Shown: one piece after another, positions 1 to 7,902 of the stretch | Layout of the letters: each line of letters begins with the position of its first letter | Position numbering within the stretch: the first letter of the stretch is position 1 | NCBI GenBank assembly: GCA_017520845.1 | Contig: JAFXEU010000082.1 | Span: 1,483-65,482 of the forward strand | Reading direction: 5' to 3' | Length of the DNA: 64,000 nt | From: Kiritimatiellia bacterium | Lineage (GTDB): Bacteria; Verrucomicrobiota; Kiritimatiellia; RFP12; UBA1067 | Program-made: the position numbers and the translations under genes | The notes under the pieces: generated by a model | What the model was told of the DNA's origin: nothing | The model's input: only the letters and a program-made list of their open reading frames with translations | Databases searched by the model: none

Positions 1-1
1 G

Positions 2-193
2 ACTGCTGGCATTGCGGCATTTTCGCCACGTTTTGCGTTTCCGGCGTGGCTTGCGACGATGCCAGATGAGACGGTCAGGAAGTGTCTTGATTTTATGGTT
101 GACATGGCCGTCGCGGGATTCGTTTACTTTGCCGTCTGGAGTTTTGCCGACCGGTTAAGCTGCTTGGGAATGCGTTTTACTGTATATGATTGA
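2..193 (+). CDS. possible 3' end of an upstream ORF (hydrophobic C-terminal segment), open to the window edge
   Basis: Reading frame 2 is open from nt 2 to TGA 191-193 (..TMPDETVRKCLDFMVDMAVAGFVYFAVWSFADRLSCLGMRFTVYD). It has one TM-like stretch. No family signature recognised. It could equally be a 44-aa ORF from ATG 59, or noncoding. Confidence 0.25.
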   Translation, partial: TAGIAAFSPRFAFPAWLATMPDETVRKCLDFMVDMAVAGFVYFAVWSFADRLSCLGMRFTVYD

Positions 194-219
194 CTGTTGG
201 CTGTGGGATTTGGTAGACT
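190..219 (+). promoter_or_regulatory. sigma70-like promoter for the wHTH gene
   Basis: TTGACT (190-195), 18 nt spacer, TGgTAGACT (211-219). The ATG at 229 lies 9 nt after the -10, with no room for a Shine-Dalgarno. Confidence 0.45.
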
Positions 220-228
220 GTATGTATC

Positions 229-447
229 ATGAGGAAGAAAAGATTGCTGGCAATACTCGCGATAGGGGAGAGAAGCAGGGGCGAGCTCGCGTCAGAGCTG
301 GGTATTTCGAGTCAGCCCTGGCTGTTCTGAGTTTACTTAAGTCCGCTGATGGCGCAGGGCTACATCGCGCAGACATTGCCCAAGAAGCCCAAGTCGCCAC
401 GGCAGCGCTACAGGCTTCTGCGCAAGGGTAAGGATGTCCTGGCATGA
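229..447 (+). pseudogene. small ArsR/MarR-like winged-helix regulator interrupted by one in-frame TGA (328-330)
   Basis: A single frame reads MRKKRLLAILAIGERSRGELASELGISSQPWLF*VYLSPLMAQGYIAQTLPKKPKSPRQRYRLLRKGKDVLA*. Both halves together give the HTH plus wing pattern (GELAxxLGIS...L..L...GYI...RYRLxxKG). The stop sits where ArsR-type recognition helices have a conserved Ser (TCA to TGA is one change). TGA is a genuine stop for many other genes in this window. Confidence 0.55.
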
Positions 448-505
448 TTACAACATATACAGTAAATCATATACAGAAGGGTCCCTTTTTACCACAAGGG
501 ACAAA

Positions 506-569
506 AGAGACGGAAGCGGCTCAAGGGACTACCCCTTGGCGTCGCTTCCGTCTCTTTTCGTCGTTTTCG
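506..569 (+). terminator. rho-independent terminator (long compound hairpin + T-tract)
   Basis: AGAGACGGAAGCG (506-518) pairs with CGCTTCCGTCTCT (543-555). An inner stem CAAGGG/CCCTTG lies between them. The hairpin is followed by TTTCGTCGTTTTCG. Confidence 0.6.
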
Positions 570-614
570 TCTCTTCGCACATTTAACCACGTAACCACGA
601 AAGGAACCACAACC

Positions 615-3224
615 ATGAAGAAACTATTCGCATTACTCTTGAGCGCGGTCGCGGCAAGCGCGATCCTCCCGGCGGTTGCGGCCACAATCGATCTCTCGAC
701 TGTGACTGGAGACACGACACTTGCCAACGGCGACATAGCCACAGGTGCGCTCTCCGGACAATTCAAGATTTCCATTGCGGACGGCGCGACCGTGACGTTC
801 AGGGATGTGACTGTCAACGGCGTTGACAATGCCAGCTGCAAATGGGCTGGCGTCACATGCCTCGGCAATGCGACAATCGTTCTTGAAGGAGCGAATACTC
901 TCAGGGGATTCTACCACTATTATCCAGGCGTTTATGTTCCTTCCGGCAAGACGCTCGAGATAAGAGGCAGCGGCTCTCTGGCGGCGCGCAGCAATGCGCA
1001 ATTTCAACCAGAGCTGGGATCTTGGTCTAGTTCTGGCGCTGGCATAGGCGGCGGGTATACTCTGCCCTGCGGTAGCATCGTTATAAACGGCGGGACAATC
1101 GATGCCGTCGGAGGGGTGAATTCGGCTGGCATAGGCGGCGGGAGGGAGTCTACATGCGGCAATATCACCATCAACGGAGGAATGGTCGATGTGGAAGGCG
1201 GAAACAGATCCGCAGGCATTGGCTCCGGCTATTCTGGTTCATGCGGGAACATCGCCATCAATGGAGGAACAGTCAATGTACGTGGTGGTTACGGGGCCGC
1301 AGGCATTGGCTCCGGCGAGTCTGGTTCTTGCGGGAGCATTGCCGTCAACGGCGGTGTTGTGACGGCTGACCCCGGCCCTGTCGCCGCTACCGACCATGGA
1401 GGGACGGCCGGCATAGGCGCCGGCATCTTGGGTTCCTGCGTTTCCGTCACAATCGCCGCCGGTGTGCAATATGTCCGCGCATGGGGTAATGCAAGCAGTG
1501 GATACGAGGTAGTTCAAATAGGGGCGAACGTTCAAGCGACCTGCGGCGCTGTTTCGATCGATGCGAGTCTGCATGCTGCCATAGATGGACGGCGTAGTAT
1601 GGTCATAATGCCAAAGAACGATTTTCGCCTTGAAAACCTTGAGGGAGGCATAACGATAGGCGACGGGGTGACCTTGACGGGCTCGGTCGGCAAGGATTGC
1701 ACAATATGCATCGCCGACGGAGCGACGGTGACGCTTTCCAATGTATTCATATCCAGTATTTCAAATGCTTTTGGCGCGGGTATCACATGTCGTGGCGACG
1801 CGACAATAATACTCGACGGCTGCAGTTCAGTCTATGGACAGACCACCGGACACCCAGGCATCTACATTCCGGCAGGCAAGACGCTGAACATTGGCGGAAA
1901 CGGCTCGCTTGAAGCGATCGCCCGAGGTTCCGCAGCCGGCATAGGCGGCGGCCTTGGTGGAGTCTACGCTTATGATGATATTGTCGTAAATGTGAATTGC
2001 GGCAGTGTCGTCATCGGCCCGGACGTCGCGCTTGTCACGGCAATTTGCGGCGGGAAGTGCGAGAATCCCATAGGTCCGGGGCCTGGCGGCACGGGAGGGA
2101 CTGTCAGCGTGGCTGAAAACCTGAGCGATGTGACGAGCGGCACGACGCGCACGATTGCGGCGAAGATTCTGAACCTCGACACGCTGACGGGCGACGCGAC
2201 GGCGCGAGACGGGTTCCTCGTGACCGGCACACTCGGCGGCAACTACAAGATATCCATAGCGGACGGCGCGACGGTGATGCTAAGCGGCGTGACGATCAAC
2301 GGCACGGACAGCTCAAGCTGCAAGTGGGCGGGAATCACGTGCGAGGGCGACGCGACGATCATTCTGGAGGGCGCGAACACGGTCAAGGGGTTCCACAACG
2401 AATATCCGGGCATATTCATTCCAATGGACTACAGGCTTACCATCAGGGGTGAAGGGTCGCTCGACGCGAGCAGCAACGGCTGGGCGGCCGGCATCGGGGC
2501 GGGATTCAGGGAGAACTGCGGCGACATCTGCATCGAGGGCGGCAGCATAACGGCAAGAGGCGGATATTCCGCCGCCGGCATAGGCGGCGCATGGAACCAT
2601 TCCTGCGGCATAATCGAAATTCTCCCGGGAGTAACAAAGGTCGTCGCGACGAGCGGCGGCGGGTGCGAATACCCGATTGGAGCCGGGGATGGCAGCAGCG
2701 GGTGCGACGGGGTGTTTGTGGCATCGGGCCTGCGCGACACTACGGTGGAAAGGACGCGCACGATACGGTCGGTATTCGTCAACCTTGGCGACCTCACGGG
2801 CGACTTCACGGCGGAGAACGGCGATGTCATGACAGGCGAGACGAAGTACAGAGTTGCCGTTCCGGGCGGGGCTACGGTGACGATCAACGGAGTTGCGGTT
2901 ACGGGCGGTGGCGGTGGCGCGGCGGATGCGCCGACGTTCGCGCAGGACGGGGAGTCCGTCGTGACGAAGTTCACTCAGGGTTCTGGCGGGAAGTGGACTG
3001 TCACTGCGTTTGCGGAAATGGAAGGCGATTCCATCGGTACTCAGGTCGCGGACGGTCAGATAAAGGTCTATTCCGCCAGCACGGTCGAGGGGCTTAAGAC
3101 GGCCTCGCCGATGACGAGCGGCGTGGCAGTGAAGGAGAAGAAAAGCGCGGTAAAGGCGACAATCGAGGTGACGCCGCCCGGCAGCCCCGCCCGGCAGTTC
3201 TTCAAGGTCGAGTTCGGGGAGTAG
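615..3224 (+). CDS. secreted beta-helix repeat protein (adhesin-like), three tandem modules
   Basis: ATG 615 is preceded by AAAGGA. The Sec signal is MKKLFALLLSAVAASAILPAVAA. Three modules each open with xKISIADGATVT..V.(V/I)NG.D..SCKWAG(V/I)TC.G.ATI.LEGAN (the second copy is divergent). They continue with repeated GAGIGGG..CG.I.INGG.V turns typical of right-handed beta-helices. The 57 codons upstream in the 444 ORF overlap the terminator hairpin and are unlikely to be coding. Confidence 0.85.
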   Translation: MKKLFALLLSAVAASAILPAVAATIDLSTVTGDTTLANGDIATGALSGQFKISIADGATVTFRDVTVNGVDNASCKWAGVTCLGNATIVLEGANTLRGFYHYYPGVYVPSGKTLEIRGSGSLAARSNAQFQPELGSWSSSGAGIGGGYTLPCGSIVINGGTIDAVGGVNSAGIGGGRESTCGNITINGGMVDVEGGNRSAGIGSGYSGSCGNIAINGGTVNVRGGYGAAGIGSGESGSCGSIAVNGGVVTADPGPVAATDHGGTAGIGAGILGSCVSVTIAAGVQYVRAWGNASSGYEVVQIGANVQATCGAVSIDASLHAAIDGRRSMVIMPKNDFRLENLEGGITIGDGVTLTGSVGKDCTICIADGATVTLSNVFISSISNAFGAGITCRGDATIILDGCSSVYGQTTGHPGIYIPAGKTLNIGGNGSLEAIARGSAAGIGGGLGGVYAYDDIVVNVNCGSVVIGPDVALVTAICGGKCENPIGPGPGGTGGTVSVAENLSDVTSGTTRTIAAKILNLDTLTGDATARDGFLVTGTLGGNYKISIADGATVMLSGVTINGTDSSSCKWAGITCEGDATIILEGANTVKGFHNEYPGIFIPMDYRLTIRGEGSLDASSNGWAAGIGAGFRENCGDICIEGGSITARGGYSAAGIGGAWNHSCGIIEILPGVTKVVATSGGGCEYPIGAGDGSSGCDGVFVASGLRDTTVERTRTIRSVFVNLGDLTGDFTAENGDVMTGETKYRVAVPGGATVTINGVAVTGGGGGAADAPTFAQDGESVVTKFTQGSGGKWTVTAFAEMEGDSIGTQVADGQIKVYSASTVEGLKTASPMTSGVAVKEKKSAVKATIEVTPPGSPARQFFKVEFGE

Positions 3225-3696
3225 GAACGCATTGAAAACATGGCATCAAATCCCCGCCGGCGATGTGGGGCGGCAGCTGGGCGGAATAGCCTGAGGGACT
3301 GTCCCCATTGGAGAAAAGTGATAGAAAATAGCGGTAAATTCGTTGTTTTGATGTTATTTTGGGAATGATGAGTTTTTTGCCTTCAATAGTAGGCTTCACT
3401 TTACAAATCCGTTGATTTGGTCGCTGTAGATACGCACGAACTTGGGGTGATGTCCGAAGTTGGATTTGCTTTTTAGCTACTACGCAGGGGCGCATTTTTC
3501 TCGCGGATATGCGCGGATAAGAGCATCTTTCTTGCGCATGAGCGCGTGGATTTAGCGCAATGGCGCGAGATTTACGCGGTAAGACGCGGGAATCGTGCGC
3601 AAGTGCGTGTTATTTACCAGGAAATTCGCGAGGGGGCGCGAGGCGCGGCGAAAGGGGTTAGTAGGGAAATTAAAAGGCTCTGCAAGGGAAAAGTCG

Positions 3697-3805
3697 AGTC
3701 CTTACTAGGAAAAGTAAAAGTCCTTACTAGGGAAGGCTCGAGTCATAGGTATGACTAGGGGTGAGTCATAGGTGTGACTAAGGGGGAGTCATAACTATGT
3801 CTCAT
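3697..3805. repeat. iteron-like array: five AGTC-initiated units phased at 22-23 bp
   Basis: Units start at 3697, 3719, 3741, 3764 and 3787. Units 1-2 are AGTCCTTACTAGG. Units 3-4 are AGTCATAGGT(A/G)TGACTA(G/A)GG, containing the inverted repeat AGTCATA/TATGACT. Unit 5 is degenerate. The 22-23 nt period is not a multiple of 3, so it does not look like a coding repeat. Confidence 0.6.
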
Positions 3806-3932
3806 TTTGGGCGGTAAGTGTATCGTAGATTTAGGTATATCTATGGCTATTTAGTGGTTAATCCTTTGTGTAAGAGAGGGGGAATGAGGATGGTTGGATG
3901 CGAGCGCCGCGCTTTTATTTTACGGAGTAAAG

Positions 3933-3941
3933 TGATATAAT
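3933..3941 (+). promoter_or_regulatory. extended -10 box TGaTATAAT
   Basis: TGATATAAT lies 22 nt upstream of ATG 3964. Confidence 0.4.
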
Positions 3942-3963
3942 TTTCGTTACCTGCAATCTAATA

Positions 3964-5106
3964 ATGTTTTTACTCGATATGATTAACAGAAAAACTTTTA
4001 TATGCGGAATTTCGTCCTGCGCCTCGTTAGCCGGTATCGGTTCTTTAAATTCGATTTTGGGCGCCGAGAAAGCTGATGATGTCAATCTAAACAACCCGTC
4101 TGCCTCTTTTAAGTTCGGTGATGATGATGCCGTTACCTTTTTTATGATAGCCGACTGGCACCTTAGAATGAAGGATAAGCCGCCAAGCACTGTAATTGTT
4201 GACAAATTAGAAAAGAAAATAAAAGCGCTTAACGCGTCATTCGTCGTCCTCTCGGGCGATAATGTAAACACGCGTGAAAATACGGTTGAAAAATTCCCGA
4301 TACTTATGACGCCTTTAGTCGAGGCTCTTAAGCGCACAAATACGTCACTCGCCATTACTTTCGGTAATCACGATTCCGAACACGCGCCTGATGATCCGGC
4401 GTATTTCTCGCGTCAGGCTCAATACGATTGGTTTAAAAAGCAGTTAGGCGATTTGTTTATTGATTATGATATACCGGAACTTACAGGCGTCGGTACGGGC
4501 GTTATAAATATTTATGCTAAAGACATTAAAAAACCGTCCTTTAAGGTATATCTCGCTGATTCAGGATCATACGTTAGGTTTAGAGAAGATGGCTCGCCCA
4601 TTCCGAGCAGCGGTTGGGACAATCCTCACAGCGATCAGATCGCATGGTATATGAGTGATTCGGACGATAAGGTTCCTCATCTCTGGATTCAGCACATAAT
4701 TGTACCCGATATCATCACGAACGGAGTTTTCGAAAAAACGGAAGAGCAGGGCAAGGGAATAGTTAAAGGCAGAATAGATAAGAGTAACCCCGGAAAGCTT
4801 TTCAATGTAAAACCCGTAGCCTCTAAGCTTCTCGCGGGTCAGGTTCGCGAAAGTCCTTGTCCCCCGCAATGGTCGGTATACGAAAATAAAGAGCATACCG
4901 TTAATGGAGTTACTCTTTATGAAGCCTGGCGCAAGTCAGGCTCAATGAAAGGCGCGTTCTTCGGGCACGACCACTCCAATTCGTTCGACACAATCGACAA
5001 CAACGGTATGCGTCTGGGCGCCACCGCGATTTTCAACTGGGGTCAGGTAAGGGTCTTTAAAATTAAGGCCGACGGCGCTTACACAACTTATATGTCTAAG
5101 TTGTAA
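3964..5106 (+). CDS. calcineurin-like metallophosphoesterase, secreted
   Basis: Ordered motifs IADWH, LSGDNV, FGNHD and FFGHDH. The N-terminus (NRKTFICGISSCASLAGIG) is signal-like. ATG 3979 is an alternative start. Confidence 0.85.
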   Translation: MFLLDMINRKTFICGISSCASLAGIGSLNSILGAEKADDVNLNNPSASFKFGDDDAVTFFMIADWHLRMKDKPPSTVIVDKLEKKIKALNASFVVLSGDNVNTRENTVEKFPILMTPLVEALKRTNTSLAITFGNHDSEHAPDDPAYFSRQAQYDWFKKQLGDLFIDYDIPELTGVGTGVINIYAKDIKKPSFKVYLADSGSYVRFREDGSPIPSSGWDNPHSDQIAWYMSDSDDKVPHLWIQHIIVPDIITNGVFEKTEEQGKGIVKGRIDKSNPGKLFNVKPVASKLLAGQVRESPCPPQWSVYENKEHTVNGVTLYEAWRKSGSMKGAFFGHDHSNSFDTIDNNGMRLGATAIFNWGQVRVFKIKADGAYTTYMSKL

Positions 5107-5186
5107 AATGGTTTCACCCCACCGCTCTCACCTCACCAATGGGGTCCGACCCTCGAATTCCAACGGTTGGTAGCCGGTGGGAGTTA

Positions 5187-5195
5187 TGGTATAAT
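5187..5195 (+). promoter_or_regulatory. extended -10 box TGgTATAAT
   Basis: TGGTATAAT lies 19 nt upstream of ATG 5215, followed by the SD-like GAAAGGAA. Confidence 0.5.
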
Positions 5196-5214
5196 GTCGC
5201 ATACAGAAAGGAAT

Positions 5215-5496
5215 ATGACAATGATAAGACTTAACTGCTTTTTTCAGGCCAAGGAAGGCCGCTTTGAAGAGGCTCTCGCCGCCGCGAAGGACCTGACCGC
5301 CGCCTCGCTCGAACAGGACGGGTGCATCGCGTACGATGTGTTCGCGTCCGCGACGCGCCCCGGCATTCTTCTCTTTTGCGAAACCTGGCGCGACGAGGCC
5401 GCGCTCGCCGATCACTCGGCATCCGAGCCGTTCGTCAGGAACGTCGCCGTGATCAACGACTGCGGCGAAATGAAAATCGAGAAGTTTCAAATGTGA
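5215..5496 (+). CDS. antibiotic-biosynthesis-monooxygenase (ABM/YgiN-like) domain protein
   Basis: A 93-aa single-domain protein: MTMIRLNCFFQAKEG..GCIAYDVF....LLFCETWRDEAALADHSASEPF. This is the typical ABM alpha+beta barrel pattern. The start was chosen at the ATG with an SD rather than at 5167. Confidence 0.8.
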   Translation: MTMIRLNCFFQAKEGRFEEALAAAKDLTAASLEQDGCIAYDVFASATRPGILLFCETWRDEAALADHSASEPFVRNVAVINDCGEMKIEKFQM

Positions 5497-5963
5497 TGGG
5501 CTTCGCGCTTTACTATTGCTTGCTTGCTGCTTGCTATGTATAAATGCGGCCACGGATTTGGGCAACCGTGCTCCACTTTTGATATGGTCGATTTCTGCGT
5601 CCTCTGGACCCGCTCGCCAATCTTTAGATTTGGCTCGGGGTCGAGTCCTGCATAAATCGGCTCATCTAAAAAGTATGCGCTCAGCGCACCCGCTTGCGCG
5701 CACTGCTCTAGCGACCTGCTTCGCAGGCTCGACTTCGTCTCGGCAGATACCTACGGGTTCTCGCTTCGCTCGAAGGTTCCCTCCGAAAGCTTCGCTTTCT
5801 GCGGTGCATCTCAGCAACATCCGCCGCGATATGTAAAGTCACGGCAGGAAATGAAGAATAACAAGATTGTGGTTATTGCTGTTGTACAGTATGAATAAAA
5901 GCAAATGGGGACAGGTGGGGGATATTCCAGTCTGGTTTAACGTTTGAAGGCGGCGGAGTAAAA

Positions 5964-5972
5964 TGATATAAT
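5964..5972 (+). promoter_or_regulatory. extended -10 box TGaTATAAT
   Basis: TGATATAAT ends 6 nt before ATG 5979. The transcript probably starts at or near 5979. Confidence 0.5.
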
Positions 5973-6035
5973 TTAACGATGTTGTTATCTTGTGCGGTTT
6001 TCAGCCTCCGCCGTATTCTTTCAGAAAGGTTTAAT

Positions 6036-6842
6036 ATGAAAAAATTGACGCTCTTTAGCCTGGCCTGTATGGTTGCTTTTCTGTCTTCAGCGGCAGATTC
6101 GGCTCCGAAACGCGGCAGGCTGTGTTTGACGTTCGACGACTGCCACTGGAACGGCTGGGTTGCGGCGATGCCGATTTTTGAGAAATACAACGCCAAGGCG
6201 AGTTTCTTTCCGCACAGCGCTTTGAGCGCGGGCGCGCTGAAATGCATGAAGAAGCTTCATGACGCAGGGCATACCGTAGGGCCTCATACCGTTCATCACC
6301 GCATGGCTACCGATTACGTCAAAAAGAACGGATTCGAGGCTTTCTGGAACGATGAGGTCGCCCCTCAGATGAAAGCCTACGCGTCGGTCGGTATCGTTCC
6401 TGAAGCTTTGGCTTTTCCCAACAACGCGAGCAATCCGGAAATAAACGCGCAGCTCGTCTCCCGCGGCATTAAACGTCTGCGCGGCGGGCTGCCGAAGGCG
6501 CGGCCTCACGATCCGAAGGGGCTTAAGCGCAGCGGGCTTGTGCCGTTCGAAAAGCTCGATGCGATGTATATGAGCGAAGCGGCCGTCGCAACCAATTCGC
6601 TTATGCGCGGCGTCGGTATCGGTACTTATTACAACACCGACATCGACGATCTCGTCAAAGGAATCCGCAGAGCGGCCGCCAACAACGAGACGATGGTCCT
6701 CTATTCGCACGATATTTCGAAAAAGCCCAGCGGCATCGGTATGAAAACCGAATGGCTCGAGGCGATTCTAAAAGCCGCGAGCGAAGAGGGTATGGCGATC
6801 GTCGGTTTTGACGATCTGCCCGATTCCGCGGCAAAGAAATGA
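6036..6842 (+). CDS. polysaccharide deacetylase (CE4 / NodB homology), secreted
   Basis: Signal MKKLTLFSLACMVAFLSSA, then CLTFDDC and GHTVGPHTVHH (CE4 Asp-Asp and His-x-x-x-His motifs). Alternative leaderless start at 5979 (see promoter 5964-5972). Confidence 0.85.
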   Translation: MKKLTLFSLACMVAFLSSAADSAPKRGRLCLTFDDCHWNGWVAAMPIFEKYNAKASFFPHSALSAGALKCMKKLHDAGHTVGPHTVHHRMATDYVKKNGFEAFWNDEVAPQMKAYASVGIVPEALAFPNNASNPEINAQLVSRGIKRLRGGLPKARPHDPKGLKRSGLVPFEKLDAMYMSEAAVATNSLMRGVGIGTYYNTDIDDLVKGIRRAAANNETMVLYSHDISKKPSGIGMKTEWLEAILKAASEEGMAIVGFDDLPDSAAKK

Positions 6843-6890
6843 TTTTTACCGAGTTTAAGTCTCATTAACCCCTAAAAGGAGTTTTACGAT

Positions 6891-7811
6891 ATGAAAAAGA
6901 GTTCCGTTATGATGTGCGCTATCGCCGCCGCAACTGCCGTATTCGCGGCTAATATTCCCGATTACACGACGCTTATCGCGCATCGCGGCGAATCGATCGA
7001 TGCGCCCGAGAATACGCTCCCGGCGTTCAAGACGGCCGTGGAGAGAGGTTTCGGATTCGAATGCGACATTTATCTTTCCAAGGACGGAAGGGTTTTCACG
7101 TTTCACGACAGGGATTTAAAGCGTACTACGGGCGGGGTGAACACCAACCGCTGCTGTGATGTTACGTGGGACGAGGTTTCCCGTCTCGATGTCGGAAACT
7201 GGGGAAAGTGGAAGGGATCCGAGTTCGCCGGTACGCGGCCCGCTCTTTTGGAGGAGGTTTTGGATCTTGCCCGCGACGGTCGCAAAATCTACGTTGAAAT
7301 AAAGACCGGGCCTGAAATTGTTCCTTATGTCAAAAAGGTATTCGCCGCCCAGAAAAAAGCCACGCCGGAGAATACGCTTTTCATTTCATTCAACATGGAA
7401 TCTTGCAAGGCCGTCAAGGAGGCCATGCCGGAATATAAGGTTTACTGGCTCGTAAGCTCGAAGGTTCCGCCGATTGATAAAAACGGGAATGTCATCGCCA
7501 ACGGTAAATGGCGTCCGATAACGCCCGAAGAGGTTATCAAGGTTCTTAAGGATACGGGGGCCGATGGCGTCGACATCAACTTCAAGCGCGACATCATAAC
7601 GAAGGAGTTTATCGATAAGGTCAAGGGCGCCGGATTCGAGTTTCACGTATGGACGATTGACGATCTCGGAGCGGCGGTCGTCGCTTTTAACCGCGGAGCC
7701 GACACGGTGACTACCAACCGTGCGCTTGAAATGCGCAGCGATTTCAATGAGGTTTTGAAAAACGTAAAATCGAAGGATAAGTCCTGCGGAGGCTCGTGCA
7801 GGTGCAGGTAA
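6891..7811 (+). CDS. glycerophosphodiester phosphodiesterase (GDPD family), secreted
   Basis: SD AAGGAG upstream. Signal peptide present. LIAHRGESIDAPENTLPAFKTAVERGFGFECDIYLSKDGRVFTFHD is the canonical GDPD N-terminal signature. Confidence 0.9.
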   Translation: MKKSSVMMCAIAAATAVFAANIPDYTTLIAHRGESIDAPENTLPAFKTAVERGFGFECDIYLSKDGRVFTFHDRDLKRTTGGVNTNRCCDVTWDEVSRLDVGNWGKWKGSEFAGTRPALLEEVLDLARDGRKIYVEIKTGPEIVPYVKKVFAAQKKATPENTLFISFNMESCKAVKEAMPEYKVYWLVSSKVPPIDKNGNVIANGKWRPITPEEVIKVLKDTGADGVDINFKRDIITKEFIDKVKGAGFEFHVWTIDDLGAAVVAFNRGADTVTTNRALEMRSDFNEVLKNVKSKDKSCGGSCRCR

Positions 7812-7853
7812 ATTTCATGATTTAAGTTTCGCTGGCGTAAATACGGCAAAATA

Positions 7854-7862
7854 TGGTATAAT
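7854..7862 (+). promoter_or_regulatory. extended -10 box TGgTATAAT
   Basis: TGGTATAAT lies 40 nt upstream of ATG 7903. The leader contains GAGG. Confidence 0.5.
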
Positions 7863-7902
7863 TTTAAATAAGTTGATTAAAATAACACCGAGGTTAAAAA
7901 AT

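Noticed and set aside
328-400. Possibility that the in-frame TGA encodes selenocysteine or reflects TGA reassignment.
   Set aside because: Many genes here terminate with TGA at sensible ends. I also see no convincing SECIS-type stem-loop just downstream of the TGA. This is kept only as a minor alternative in the finding.
186-431. 81-aa track ORF, and the antisense 227-445 ORF, at the left end.
   Set aside because: A different frame (229-447) gives a recognisable winged-helix protein apart from one TGA. The 186 frame translation has no protein-like pattern.
444-614. N-terminal 57 codons of the 444-3224 track ORF.
   Set aside because: This part overlaps the wHTH stop and the strong terminator hairpin, and has no signal peptide. 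A canonical signal peptide with an AAAGGA SD begins at ATG 615.
3546-3758. 70-aa GTG-start ORF spanning the iteron-like repeats, and the 97-aa minus ORF at 3202-3495.
   Set aside because: The repeat period of 22-23 nt is not a multiple of 3, so the repeats are read in different frames. There is no SD and no protein-like composition. The minus ORF overlaps the end of the upstream gene.
5107-5165. C-rich stretch TCACCCC ACCGCTC TCACCTC ACCAATG after the metallophosphoesterase stop, considered as a fourth heptad array, plus the ACCCCA...TGGGGT pairing.
   Set aside because: Only a weak 14-nt pattern is present. It has no GTYAG/CTRAC cores and no embedded stop codons. The stem has an 18-nt loop and no T-tract.
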